Assembly: GCF_963921235.1 (NCBI RefSeq)
Contig: NC_086109.1
Span: forward strand, 18,044,001 to 18,108,000
Direction of reading: 5' to 3'
Origin: Mobula hypostoma
Lineage: Eukaryota
Length of the DNA stretch: 64,000 nucleotides
A model generated the notes under the pieces. It was not told the origin of the DNA and did not search any database. It saw nothing but the letters and a program-made list of their open reading frames with translations. Below, piece after piece: positions 37,603-51,159 of this stretch (the first letter of the stretch is position 1; each line of letters opens with the position of its first letter). The translations under genes and the position numbers were made by a program.

Positions 37603-38899
37603 TGTATATATAAAAAGATAAACACATAGTGCAAAAGTAGTGAGGCAGTGTTCCTGTCTTAATTGACACATGATATAAGGCAACAATGATTTTTCATTAT
37701 TAATTATTCCACTAATTGCAAAAGTATTCAAGGCCATTGCAAGTGTTATGATTCTGGTGCCAGCCATCTCTAGCTGAGAAACATCTTTGTTCACTGATCC
37801 TTCCAAAATGGTGAAAAATCACAAATCATGAGCGTGTTATCACAGTGAACTTGACCCCAAGCCTTGGAGACCTCAGTGCATGTTAAAAAATTGTTTCCAC
37901 TGGGGAAATGGTGAATCATCACAGCCTAGAGCCTTGATAGCTGAAAGAGTTAGTGTACATGAAGGTAGCATTAGAAAGTAACAGAGATCTTGGAGGATTG
38001 TAAGATAAGGCAGTGTTATAGCGAAGGGGCGGGATGCATGGTTTCAGATATGAGAACTTTAAAATCAGGACGTGGTTGAGATGAGAGCCAAAGTAGGTTC
38101 TATGAGTACCTTACTAACTCAACAGTCCTGGGTTGGTATATTTAACCGTTAGGCTTTCAGGGCCATGTAAAGCATTTATTATTTTTGGCTAAGCCAAGAT
38201 TGGTTGGCTTGAGTAACAAGGCAGCTTATTCACTCAACATAAATGGACTAATTTCTTGGAGACCAGCACATGCGTCAGTAATTTTTTGATCTCTGACATT
38301 GCATTTTCTTGACTTGCAGAAATTCTGGCTAGATAAAGCTCCCAGGGAGATGGTGTGATAGCAATCAAATAAATAAGAGCCTGAAAAATGTACAGGGATT
38401 TAATCCTATGATAAGTTCTGATATGGTTCTCTTTGATGAGCGAAACAGAGACAGCAGACGAAAAGCATTACACTATTTTCAAATCCAGGCAGCTTTCTGG
38501 AGGCCAAAGGTCTTGAGCTGTGGTTTATCACTGCTGTCATCTGTTCCAGCCACCACCCAAGGCAGCGCAGTCATGCTGATATTGGACTCAATGACGTGGA
38601 TGAAATGAGAATCAATGTAGTTTCTATGAATTCTACGTCAGTGGACCTAATTGGACAGTTTGCTGTCTTTTGCACTCTGGTTGAACACTCAGATTGGTAT
38701 GGTCTATCTTTGGTTCCCTTATGGTTATTATACTATTATGGATTTATTGAGTATACCTGCAAGAAAATGAATCTCAGGGTTATATATGGTGACATATATG
38801 TACTTTGCTAATAAACTTACTTTGTACTTTGAACATTTTTGAAATGACTGGGAGAAATTCAGCCTGTTTTAATAAAAATTTCACTTCCAGGAGTGGGCT

Positions 38900-39180
38900 G
38901 GGTGTTATAAATATCAGCCTTATTTACAGAAATACATTGACATGTGTAGGGAGATGTGTCGTTTGCATCAACGACCGACACAGTTCGAGGATGTGCTGGG
39001 GGGGCAGCCTGCAAGTGTCGCCCTGCTTTCAGCACCAACGTAGTATGACCAAAACTTACTAACCCGTGTGTGGGAGGAAATCAGAGGACCCAGAAGAACC
39101 CATGTGGTCACAGGGAGAATGTGAAATGAACTACGGTCGCTGGCGCTGTAAAGCATTACGCTGTCTGCTATACTACTGTG
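38900..39180 (-). mobile_element. V-SINE-like element
   Basis: V domain on the minus strand (GTGACCACATGGGTTCTTCTGGGTCCTCTGATTTCCTCCCACAC) and a tRNA-like head. Confidence 0.65.
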
Positions 39181-39389
39181 TAGCAAGGGTATTGCTGGAG
39201 CTGAGCACCTCCTACATGCCAGCTGAGAACACTTGTTTTGGCTGGTGCCTGGTAAGATGATAGGGTATGCAGTTCAATAGTTTCCTCCTTTAACCCTTGT
39301 AAGTTATATACTGAGTGTGCAGAGGAGATTCACCAGGGCGTTGACTACATTGGAGCATTGCAGTAATAAAAAGAAGACCATAACAGCAT

Positions 39390-39810
39390 GAGAGCTAGGT
39401 TATGAGCAGATCTGCCTCACTGAATCTGCTCCACCATTCCATCATGGCTGATTTAATATCCCTGTCAAATCCATTCTCCTGCCTTCTCCTTGTAACCTTT
39501 GATGCCCTTAGTAATCAAACCACCACTTTAAAGATTCCCAATGACGGCCTCCACAGCTGTCCATGGCAATGAATTCCACAGATTCACCTCACTCTGGCTA
39601 AAGAAATTCCTCCTCATCTCTGTTCTAAAGGGATGTATTCTGAGACTGTGCCCTCTGGTCCTCAAATCCCCCACTATAGGAAATGTCAACTGTGTCTAGG
39701 CCTTTCAATATTCAGTGAAATCCCCCTCTCAGCAAGTACAGGCCCAGAGCCATTAAGTGTTCCTCATAGCTTAACCCTTTCATTCCTGGCATCATGAACC
39801 TCCTGTGGAC
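39390..39810 (-). mobile_element. CR1 3' fragment
   Basis: GMKGLSYEEHLMALGLY; FFSQ..VNLWNSLP. Confidence 0.8.
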
Positions 39811-42045
39811 CGTCTTCAAGGGGATACAGATAGACAAAGTGAGAGAGCACAAAGTTGGAAGGCGGAGTAACGTGTGGGAAAATGTGAAATGATCCACTTT
39901 GGGAGAAGGAATGAAAGATCTGATTGTTTAAAGTGTGGTTCACGTTCTGGTGTGTTCTGGTTGCTCCTTTATTTGTTGCTATTTTGCTGATTTTGATTGG
40001 GGCGGCATTAGGGGACATAGTTTCAGGATAAAGGGTTTGAAACAAGGAGAAATTTCTTTTCGTGAAGGACTGCAAATCTTTGGACCTATCTCTTTCAGAG
40101 ACTTTTGTAGGCAGGGTCATTGGGTGGGAGTTTGACACAGATGCTTCCTCCCCTGCTGAGTTCCTCCAGCATTTTGTGTCTGTTCCTCTGGATTTCCAGC
40201 CTCTGCAGAAACTCTTGTGTAGCTGTTCTTTGGTCTTTCCCTTTTGAACTTTGGCTTGGAAGAAGGTGGTTTGTTGGAGTCTAAAATCAGCCACCTTTCA
40301 GTGAGGTTGGTGGTTTAGAGCTAGTTCTCTGAACTGTTCATTTAATGAGGGAACATTTCACCTCAGTCACATCATGGTACATGCAAAGTAAGAAGGGCTT
40401 GTTGAAATCACTTAATTCCTTCCCTTTTAGAAGGAGAGGGCAGACGCTTATTTGACCTGCACATGGATAATGTACCGAAGAAATGATTGACTAATTGCAT
40501 TCAGCAAAAACCTTGAGGAGTGGATGCAATTGCTCTTAGATTGTTTGTCACACGCTCTCTCCCTCAGTGTGGTGTTGCATTTATAACGCAGTTTCCTGGG
40601 ATATTTTGTCTCCCTCTCCACTGGTGTTACCCTAGTTACAACCCCAGCTCTGAATAGACACTGAGTACCTTGCTGGAATCAAAGACCTGCACAATTAGTT
40701 CATCAGCAGGGTTGTGCTAATTGGCTCAGAAGCCCAGTCCTCTCTCTCCGTCCACATCACTTTTGCACGTGGGTTGAGTAAGAATTTGTGACATTTCTGT
40801 TGAACTGAGTTGCTTAGCATGCATCCTGTTCACACCGGACAGAGCTGTGATAATCCCTTCTCTCCCACTTTTGGGAAATGCAGGCTGCTTGCGGTGGGAA
40901 TTTATTCTGTTGCGAACCGAACCACAAACAGTCTGTACCTCTGATTCTCCTATTAGCCCCAAGATAATCCATTTAAAAGGAGAGTGAATGTGAATTATCT
41001 GAACTCAGCAATACTGAATTTTATTTGTGGCTTTGGCATTGATCGAGCATAACATCCAACTCAACAGTTTGTTACACAGTACACCAACGGTGGTTTGTTG
41101 TGTGTATATTCAAAAAGCAGTATTAGAATGTGTAATAAGAACAGAAAATGTTGAAACCAGCTCAGGCAGCACCTTTGAAAAGGTAAAAACAGAGTTAATG
41201 TCTCAGATTGGACACAAAATGATAATTGTGTTTCTCTTTCCATGGATGCTGCCTGATCTGCTGAGTGCCTCCAGCATTTTCTATTTTTAATGCTGATCTC
41301 CACCATCTGCGATCTTTTCACTTTCGTTTAACATCAGTAGATTTAAAAAAAAAGTGGTCTGATGTGCAGTGATCCTTCAAATCAAACTACTCACAAATCC
41401 TGGTGGAATTTCCAATTTTGTGTGCGCTTGTAATTGCATGTGCATGCAGATGTTTCTATATGACAACAACATGCAATTATTAAGCACATCTCCATCAGAC
41501 AGGGGATTCTGAAAGTGATTGACAAGAGGATGTATCTTTTGGTGACAGAGTTTGAAATGGGGCATGTCATTCAGGTGAGGAGTGGGTCATTAGGAGTGAA
41601 GCAAAGGGAAGTACTTGTTCTTCTAAGTGCCTTTCACCAGAAACATTTTGTATTAATTACTTTTTGAAGTGCAATTATTATGACATTTGAGGGAAATAGA
41701 GCTGGAAAATCTGTACATAGCAAGATCCCACAGAACAATGGCGCGTAAAATCCAATTTTGTGGTGTCGATAGTGGATTGAATGTCTTGACTTTTTAATGA
41801 CTGGACTCACTGGATGGTTTTGCCAGACAGAGCCTCATTTCTTATCCTCTGGAGCAAATCTGGCACCACATCTTCGGATGCTCTCTCTGCTACAGGGCAG
41901 GGTTATGCTTACCTTACTCAGCAAATGAAAGTTCTCCTGGGATACATGTAGCTTAATGACTATATGCTTCATTTGACAAGCCTTCTTGTATTTGTATATG
42001 TTAATCTGGTGATGAAGAGGAAGGTATCAAGAAGGAAATTAAATT

Positions 42046-42255
42046 CAAAATAATCTGCAGATGCTGGGGTCAAAGCAACACTCCCAACACGCTGGAGGAA
42101 CTCAGCAGGTCGGGCAGCATCAGTGGAAAAGATCGGTCGATGTTTCAGGCCGGAACTCTTCGTCAGGACTCCTGACGAAGGGTTCCGGCCCGAAACGTCG
42201 ACCGATCTTTTCCACTGATGCTGCCCAACCTGCTGAGTTCCTACAGTGTGTTGTG
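42046..42255. mobile_element. Near-perfect palindromic double-hammerhead mini-element, 13-bp TSD
   Basis: Symmetry centre at 42169 (CGTCAGGA-C-TCCTGACG); TSD AGGAAATTAAATT at 42033-42045 and 42256-42268. Confidence 0.92.
42135..42203. ncRNA. Two back-to-back hammerhead motifs (minus 42135-42170; plus ~42168-42203)
   Basis: Plus: CTGACGA A GGGT-TCCG-GCCC GAAA CGTC GACC; minus: AGTC CTGACGA AGAGTTCCGGCCT GAAA CATC GACC. Confidence 0.75.
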
Positions 42256-43767
42256 AGGAAATTAAATTGTTCTTGGCCTTCAACCTGCTTTGCACCAAGA
42301 TGTAGGGACTGTAAAGACTTGTCTATGCAAATCCAAGAAATGCTCAAAGACTCAGACAACACTTGTAGAGAAAAAGCAATTTTGATTTCATTTATTATTT
42401 CAATAAGATTGATTTAAAACAAAGGAATCCAGACAAGAATGTGTCCCAGGACCAGTGGCTCGTTCTACCTTTTCCCCTCATGTCTGAAAAAAACTTACCG
42501 AGAAAGATTGAAGTTCATGGCTATTTTGAAACTGAATGATTCTGTACATAAAGCTGCATCTGGAAAGTCTGCTCTTCCGACTGTTTTCAGGATGTTGAGA
42601 AACAAGAGAAGGCTTGTTTAAGATCTGCCCAAAGCTACTGCTTCATTCCACGTAATGTCAATAATGTCACAATGTGAAACATTCCAACAATGGCCCAAAG
42701 TTTGCGGAAGTTAAAATTGGCTTCTTCTGGTTTGTTTCATGCACAGATAAAGTGCTGTATAATATTTGGCTTCATTTTGCTGTGATTCGTTCTCACCTGG
42801 CACGTAAATACAGGCAGTAGTTAAGCCCAAACAATGGCGTAATGGTGAATCAGTTGATGCTTCCTAAGTAGATTAGAAGATGCACATTGGAGGTTAGGTG
42901 CAGTAGGTAGATAAATAGAATTGAAATCCATCAAACTTCGCTGCTCCAAAATCCCTGAAAAGCAAATCAGCCATGATTGAACTGAGAGGTGTGAGGAGCC
43001 AGATGCCGAATCACCTGTTCCTGTCCTTAATCTCCTAATTTAATGCATGGATTTGATCGCTGTGCATAGAGCAAGCTTCAAGATTGACAGGTGCACAGAT
43101 AACTAGAAATAACGACTCTGGAGATTAAAATTCTTTCTCCTTGCAATCTCTGGCTGATTTTGAAACAAAGTGTATAAAAGCACAATTACATTCTTAACTC
43201 CCATATTGTTAATAAACATGTACAATCCTTCAGTTTAACATTGAATAAAACGTGGCTTTATCTGCTTTCACTATAAAGCTGCATTAATGCTCCCCCATAG
43301 GTGCAAACTGTACCTGACCATCGGAACAAAAAAAGTCAGCTGTAAGCGGACATTTGGCTATGTTTGGGGAGCTGCTGTTTAATTGGCCAAGTTGTCTCTT
43401 TTACTTCAGAAGAACCTCATATTATTTGCCTTATTTTGTAATTTTATAACTGCACCACCATTCTAAGGATTTTTTTTTTGCCCAACTAAATTTTACGGGA
43501 CTTAGTCACGCCAAGAAGGAAACCTTTATTCCAGGAAATGGTATCTATCGGTAAAGTTCAATTACTTATCTACTACAACACAGAAGGATGCAATTCAGCT
43601 CATCAGATCTATACAATCTCCTGGTCAATTTAATTCCCTTTCTCCTTCTTTATTTATAACCTTGCAGCTTGTTCTCACTTATGGGCCCATCAACTTCCCC
43701 TGGGTTCTTCTGCTGTACCCTTTAGAAAGGAGTTTTTACAGTGGCCAATTTGCCTATTGTGCACATA

Positions 43768-44014
43768 CACTCAGTAGCCACTTTGTTAGGTACACCTGTA
43801 TACCTGCTCATCAATGCAAATATCTAATCAGCCAATCATGTGGCAGCAACTCAATGCATAAAAGCATGTGGACATGGCTAAGAGGTTCAGTTGTTGTTCA
43901 GACCAAACATCAGAGTAAGGGAGAAATGTGATGTAAGTGACTTTCACTGTGGAATGATTGCTGATGCCAGAAGAAATGATTTGAATATCTCAGAAACTGC
44001 TGACCTCCTGGGAT
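43768..44014 (+). mobile_element. Tc1-like left-end fragment (same family as 36842)
   Basis: TA + CACTCAGTAGCCACTTTGTTAGGTACACC; ...ISETADLLG. Confidence 0.85.
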
Positions 44015-45542
44015 GAATTGGACCCAAATGCTGGGATATCCAAAGCAAGGTTCGAGACACAGTATTACAATGGATCTGAGCTCAAAACAAACACTAGACA
44101 ATATCATGAGTAGGTTTACGATTGAGCATCAAACCACAGTTTAGGTGTTGCTTAAATAGTCAATTCTTAGTGCTTGAAACATGATTACCAATTAGTGGGA
44201 CTGGCCTGAAGCCTTAAAGGGGCCGTGTCAGCTCTCTGTACTCCAGGGAATTTGAGCATCTAAATCCCAGAAGCTGTCGCAGCCGAGGGCATATGGTAAC
44301 ACACTGATCACAAAAGAATCTGCAAACACTAGCCTGGGCCCCTGGCATTGCAAGTTGGAGGAGTTCTGATGCCTTGTAAAACTGCCCCAGGTGCGAGGCT
44401 GGATTGCTCTGGGCGCTGAGCCATTTTGGAGAAATTGCAAGCAGCCCCGGGCTGGGCTGTGAAATCTGCACCCAGAGCGAATTGTTTCATGTAGTACCAT
44501 GGTCCTGGAGGAACGTTGTTTCATTTTTACTGCGTACTGTACCAGCAGTTTATGGTCGAAATGACAATAAAAAGCAACTTGACTTGACTTGAATTGCTGG
44601 GTGGTATGGTCTAGGCCAGCACTCCACTGCAGTGGTGCCTGGGTCTTAGAGTGAGGTACGATACGTTGTTTGGACAATTTAAACGTCAGCCCAGATAGAT
44701 GGCATTGGAGGTGAGAGCCGATTTCACCCACTCTCCCATGATGTCCACCCCTCTTATCATGGCTTTGAGGCTATGAAAACTGCCCCCAGCTGCTGTGCTC
44801 CATGTCTGCTAATATGATAAACTGATACTGAGGCTTGGGCCTACTCTGGGCTGCTGTGGGGTTCGGATCTAAGGACTCATTTTGGTTTGGAATGTTCTTC
44901 TTTGCTTCTATTGTTTACATGATTTGAGTTTTTTCCCCCCTTTCTCTGTGCATCGGGAGTTGGTCTTTTATTTATTTATTTTAAATTGGGTTCTTTTGTG
45001 TTTCTCACTTTGTGGCTGCCTGTAAGCAAACAAGTCACAAGACTGTAATTTATACATTCTTTAATAACAAATGTACTTTGAAACTTGAAACTTTGAAACT
45101 TTTGACATTGGTGACTCCAACTAGAATAGTTTCATTCTCCTCGCCAAGTTGGTAATTTCTGGAAGTGTGCAGTTCACTCAAAGACCTCAAATATCACAGC
45201 TTGAAGTCAAGGACCCCAATAGGTCTGCATTAAGCAGCTGTAATTTAAAAACCTTCAGGTCTGGCAGAGCAGACTGGTATGAAAAGTCTGGTCAATATGT
45301 ATGATAGGTGGAATTATAAAGCTTAGTACAGCTTCTAACTATAGTAAGCATTGATCTTATACCTCTGCATTTTCCTGTGATCTAAGCTAATTAGTGAGCA
45401 ACATGAACACATTCTACATTGGTACTGTTCTACGTTCGATGTTCTAGTTGCACAGTTCAAGAAAAGATTTTTAATTTGAGAAAGACAGAGGATTGTAGTC
45501 AGAATGGTCGTTTAAAATTAAAATGTAGTAGGAAAAGAGGTT

Positions 45543-46126
45543 GAATGTGGAACAGGCAATGCAGGGAACTGCTGGGGTCAGTGTGGTACAGGTAATGCAG
45601 GTGTTGTTGGGATCAGTGTGGTACAGGTAATGCAGGGTATTGTTGGGATCAGTGTGGAACAGGTAATGCAGAGAGCTGTTGGTGATCAATGTGGAACAGG
45701 TAATGCAGGGTATTGTTGGGATCAGTGTAGTACAGGTAATGCAGAGGTTGCCGGGATCAGTGTGGCACAGGTAATGCAGGTGTTTTGGGATCAGTATGGT
45801 ACAGGTAATACAGGTGTTATTGGGGTCAGTGTGGAACAGGTAATGCAAAGAGCTGTTGGTGATCAGTGTGGAACAGGTAATGCAGGTGTTTTTGGGATGA
45901 GTGTGGAACAGGTAATGCAGGTGTTGGGGGTCAATGTGGAACAGGTAATGCAGAGGTTGTTGGTTTCAATGTGGAATGGGTAATGCATGTGTTTTGGGAT
46001 CAGTGTGGTACAGGTAATGCAGAGGTTGTTGGGATCAGTGTGGAACAGGTAATGTAGGTGTTGGGGGTCTGTGTGGAACAGGTAATGCAGATGTTGCCAG
46101 GATCAGTGTGGAACAGGTAATGCAGG
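45543..46126 (+). repeat. Minisatellite, ~33-37 bp unit, ~17 copies
   Basis: Consensus GATCAGTGTGGAACAGGTAATGCAGGTGTTGTTGG. Confidence 0.95.
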
Positions 46127-46589
46127 AAGCACAAGAGTTCCACTTCACTTACATTCTTTGGGAAAAATCTCTCCTTAATTTTTTGGATATATCAGCAGTC
46201 ATCTTAAACTTGGACATCCAGAAATTCAGCTGGGGAAGGTGTTTTATTGTATTTACTGTATCATGTAATGAGTCCATGATATGATGGCTTTTTCCAAGTC
46301 ATACTTGAATTTCAGTAGAGGACTTCATACCAAGAATGTCTACACAGTTTCCATGTCAACATGGCATGTGACTGTGTCAGTCCCCATGCAGAGCTTCTTT
46401 GGATCACTACAGGGACACCTAGACCATGATCTGGTGTGGCTTCCCACTGCTGGACACTTTGGAGGCAAATTTGATCTTAGTTCCACAGCCGTGAACCTGA
46501 GGTCTAGCCTAGTATTCATTCTTTTCCCCAATGCAGGGAAAGCAGAACCAACCAAACCCTCACCATCACCTACACCTTCAGCCATGTTA

Positions 46590-47232
46590 CTACTGATGGT
46601 GAGGACCTGCAAGTACCTGGGGGCACACCTGGATGATAGACTTGAGTGGAGGACCAACGCAGAGGCTGTATACAAGAAGGGCCAGAGTCACCTCTACTTC
46701 CTGAGGAGACTGAGGTCCTTTGGAGTATGCAGGCCTCTCCTTCACATGCTCTACCAGTCTGTCGTCGCCAGTTCAATTTTCTATACAGTGGTGTGCTGGA
46801 GCAATGGCATCAACAATGAGTGATGCTGACAGGCTCAATAAACTGATTAGAAAGTTTGGCTCTGTTATAAGAGCCAAACTGGACACACCGGTGGCTGTGA
46901 TAAAACAAAGGACCCTATGGAAAATCTTGGCAATTCTGGACAATATTTCTCACACTCTGCATGCCACCTTGGCTGAACAGAGGAGCACTTTTAGTAATAG
47001 ACTAAGACAACAGTGCCGCTCCAAAGAGCGTTATATGAGGTCATTCTTACCCTCGGCCATTAGGCTCTATAGTGAGTCAACCTATATCTAGGGATATGAT
47101 GACCTCCTCCTGTTAGACTGTTCGAGGTAACTTTTAAAAAATTCTTTCTACTTCTCTTCTAATATTTATATCTGTGCACTTGTAATGCTACTGTGATGCT
47201 GCAATTCCCTTTGGGATAAATAAAGTATCTAT
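46590..47232 (+). mobile_element. Rex1/Babar 3' fragment related to the 10.5 kb copy
   Basis: KYLGAHLDDRLEW..AVYKKGQSHLYFLRRLRSF; AATAAAGTATCTATCT tail. Confidence 0.9.
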
Positions 47233-47569
47233 CTTCCTGATCTGTGTACTCCAACTCTGAGATCCCTTCCACACTTACTGCTACTCCCAATCATCAAACA
47301 CACAATCACACTTTTATGGTAACCTCTGACCACATCACCAACTCAGTCGCCTATCAGTTCCCAACCTTCCCCATCAACTGCTGGGCTCTACTGCTCCCAC
47401 CTCATCTCACCAGTTTTGGTTCCTTCCTTTCCCTTTCAGAGTGTATCTGCAATTTTGATTCAGTGGAGTAACAACTTGGGCAGCTGTATCCCACCGGCAT
47501 CCATGCCATTTAAGTGTCACCTTGGACTTCTAGTCTCCCTCACCAATTGAAACAATGGAAACCTTTTTC

Positions 47570-48415
47570 ATTATCTGCAAGTTTGCAGATGACACCAAGA
47601 CTGGGGGTTTAGTGGACAGTGGGGAAGGCTATCATGGCTTGCAAAGGGGTCTGCATCAGCTGGAAAAACAGGCTGAAAAATTGCAGATGGAATTTAATGC
47701 AGACAAGTGCAATGTTTTAGACTTCAGTAGGGCCAACCAGGGTAGGACCTACACAGTGAACAGTAGGGCACTGAGGAGTGTGGTAGAACAAGGGGATCTG
47801 GGAATACAGGTACATAATTTGTTGAAAATGGCATCACAAATTGATAGGGTCGTAAAGAAAGCTTTTGGCATACTGGCCTTCATAAATCAATATATCGAGT
47901 ACAGAAGATGGGATGTTATGTTGAAGTTGTATAAGACGCTGGTGAGGCTTAATTTGGAGTATCGTGCGCAGTTTTGGTCATCTACCTACAGCAAAGATTA
48001 AATAGGTTAAGACAGTATTCTTTAGAATGTAGAAGATTGAGAGGACATTTGATAGAGGTAGACAAAATTATGAGGGGTATAGATAGGGTAAATGAAAGCA
48101 GCTTTTTCCACTGAGGTTGGCCTACAGCCGGAGATCATAGGTTAAAGGTGAAAGGTGAGAAGTTTAAGGGAAACATGAGGGAAACTTTTTTTTACTCAAA
48201 GAGTTGTGATGGTGTGGAATGAGCTGCCAGCACAAGTGACCCATGGGAGCTCTGTTTCAACATTTAAGAGAAGTTCAGATGGACACATGGATAGTAGGGA
48301 TATGGAGGGCTATGGTCTCGGTGCAGATCTTTGGGAGTAGACAGTTTAAATAGTTTTTGGCATGGACTAGATGGGCCGAAGAGCCTGTTTCAGTGCTGTA
48401 CTTTTCAATGACTTT
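47570..48415 (+). mobile_element. CR1 3' part
   Basis: KFADDTKTGG..MEFNADKC..LYKTLVRLNLEY. Confidence 0.9.
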
Positions 48416-49482
48416 ATTTTCTTAAAAAATGTATCGTGCCTCCCCTCAGACATTTATTGTCGTATGCAGGAGTACACGTGTGCACAGGTGCAATGAAAAA
48501 ATTACTTGCAACAGCATCACAGGCACATGGTATAATATAGGAAATATTCAGAAGGAAAACATAAATTACACTCTTGTGTTTTACACGGAAACTCAATTGG
48601 AACAAAAAATATCAATTTTAGTGCAAAGTGTTCATAGTGTTGCAAACTGTAGTGATTAGGGTTTAGCTGGCTGGTTCATGAGCTGAACGGAAGGAGTCAG
48701 AAGGGTTGATAACACACACAGTACAGTAGTCTTAAGGCAAATGAGCCAAACAGGGAGATTGGACTAAGTACATAGTCTGAAGTTATGTACAGTCCAGATT
48801 GGAGTTAGACAGATCAATATTATATGGGTTGACATGACAACTGTTTTATACAAAAGACAGCCCAAAAATAACAAAAGCACTGAGATTTTCTAAAGTTAAA
48901 TTTGGCATTGCTAACTGTTTCTATGTAACCTCATTCATCAATGTGCAAAAGATTCCATCAGGACAGACGAAGAATGTGAGAGGGAAGCTAATTCACAATG
49001 TGCTGAAGCACAATATGTCTGGGAAGTCAAAGATGTGTGCTTGAAAGTGTTTTGCAAATTTTAGAAAGCAAAGATAATTTAACCAAAGAAAAATCAGAGC
49101 TGAGGAAATGCACACTTTAAAATGATGCAATAAAAAATTTTGATGGACTGAAATCAGCACGTGAAGTCATTCTTTGAAAGCATAGCATGCTGTTTTACAA
49201 GATCTTGGGACTTTTCAGCTTCCTTTTGGCTGAAGTCAGCACGGAGCCAATAAAAAGAAAGGAGGTGTAAGTGAAGTGGCCTTTGTTGGAGTGGGCCAGT
49301 GTTAGAGTGGTCTGGCTTTGGCTCAACAGGCTTGGGCAGAGGTTCTCAGTAAGTAAGTAAGTTCTACTACATTTCTTTGGTATTATTTCATAGTTAGTGC
49401 ATTGCAAATTGATCAGGAGGTAGTGGTATGTTCCTTGTGTGGGATGTGTGAAATTTGGGAGACCTTCAGTTTCCCTGATAAC

Positions 49483-49789
49483 CTTTAAGGCATCTGTTAG
49501 TCTTGCAAGACCATGGATCTGTGCCTGGAAAGTCTTCACTCTCCAGGGCGCAGGCCTGGGCAAGGTTGTATGGAAGACCAGCAGTTGCCCATGCTGAAAG
49601 TCTCCCCTCTCCATGCAATGTTGTCCAAGGGAAGGGCATTAGGACCCATACAGCTTGGCACCAGTATCATCGCAGAGCAATGTGTGATTAAGTGCCTTGC
49701 TCAAGGACACAACACATTCCCTCGGCTGGGGCTCGAACTCACGACCTTCAGGTCACTAGTCCAATGCCTCGACCACTTGGCCACGTGCC
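49483..49789 (-). mobile_element. tRNA-derived SINE with a CORE-like box and probable RTE-type tail, with TSD
   Basis: A box TGGCCAAGTGG; B box GTTCGAGCC; GTGTCCTTGAGCAAGGCACTTAA; (CC)TGATAAC duplicated at 49474-49482 and 49788-49796. Confidence 0.85.
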
Positions 49790-51159
49790 TGATAACTATA
49801 TCTGTATGAAATGCATCAAACTGCTGCTCTCTAGAGACTGTGTTAAGGAACTGGAGCTGCAGCTGGATGACCTTCAGCTCGTACAGGAAAATGAGGAGGT
49901 GATAGGTAGGAGCTATAGGGAGGCAGTCACTCTTAAGTTGCAAGAGGCAGGTACCTGGGTGACTGTCAGGAGAGTCAAAGGGGATAGCAGCCAATGCAAA
50001 GTACTCCTGTGACCATTCACCACAATAATAAGTATACCGCTTTGGATACTGTTGGGGGAGGACTATCTACCAGGGGGAAGCTGCAGTGACCAGGTCTCAG
50101 GCACTGAGTCTGGCTCTGTGGCTCGGAGGGAAAGGGGAAGAGGAGTGCAGTGGTGATAGGGGTTTCATAATTGGAGGAGCAGAAAGCTGATTCTGTGGAT
50201 GTGAAGGAGATACCCAGATGGTATGTTGCTTCCCAGGTGCTAGGATCTGGGATGTCTTGGATCAGGTCCATGGCATTCTAAAGGGGGGGAGTGAACAGCC
50301 AGAAGTCATGGAAATATTGGTACTAATGATATAGGTAGGAAAAGGGAGGAGGTCCTGAAGAGAGGATTTAGGGAGTTAGGCAGCAAGCTGAAAAGTAATC
50401 TCTGGTTTGCTGTGTGAGCCATATGCCATTGAGGGTAAGAATAGGATGATTTGGCAGAGGAATGCGTAACTATGGAATTGGTGCAGGGGATAGGGTTTCA
50501 GATTTTTGGATTAATTGGGATATCCTCTCGGGTAGGTATGACCTGTACAAAATGTTCAGCTTACACCTGAACTCCAGGAGAAGCAATAGACTTGTGGGCA
50601 GGTTTGTTAGAGCTGTTGGGGAGGGTTTAAACTAGTTTGACAGGAGGATGGGAACCAGAGCAACAGAACCAAGGGTGGGGCAGTTGGTGTACAACTAGAT
50701 ATCACGTGTTGTGAGGCTGTGAGGAAGGATAGGTAGATTATAGGGCAAAATTGCAATCAGTGGGATGAGTTAACATATAATGGGGGACAAAATCAAAAAG
50801 GGTGATGAACACAGGACTTGAAGGTATTACATTTGAAGGCATGCAGTAAATGGAATAAGGTAAATGATCTTGTGGTGCAGTTAGAGATTGGAGGGTATGA
50901 TGTTGTGGCCATCGCTGAGTCAGCGGTTGAAAGAAGTTCATAGATGAGAGCTTAACATCCAGGGATTCATATTGTGTTGAAAGCACAGGCAGGTAGGTAG
51001 AGGGGGGCAGGCTCTATTGGTAAAAAATGAAATTAAGTCCTTGGAAAGAGGTGACATAGGATCAGAAGATATAGAATCCTAGTGGGAAGAGTTAAGAAAC
51101 CGCAAGGGTACAAAGACCCTTCTGGGAGTTGTATACAGGCCTCCGAACAGCAGCTAGGA

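Noticed and set aside
45543..46126. CRISPR-like array (constant core plus variable linkers); ORFs 45471 and 45618
   Set aside because: Linkers are short and homologous to each other, there are no cas genes, and the context is vertebrate. It is a minisatellite, and the ORFs are repeat artefacts.
49715..49789. tRNA gene
   Set aside because: It is the head of a TSD-flanked SINE; there is no complete acceptor stem.
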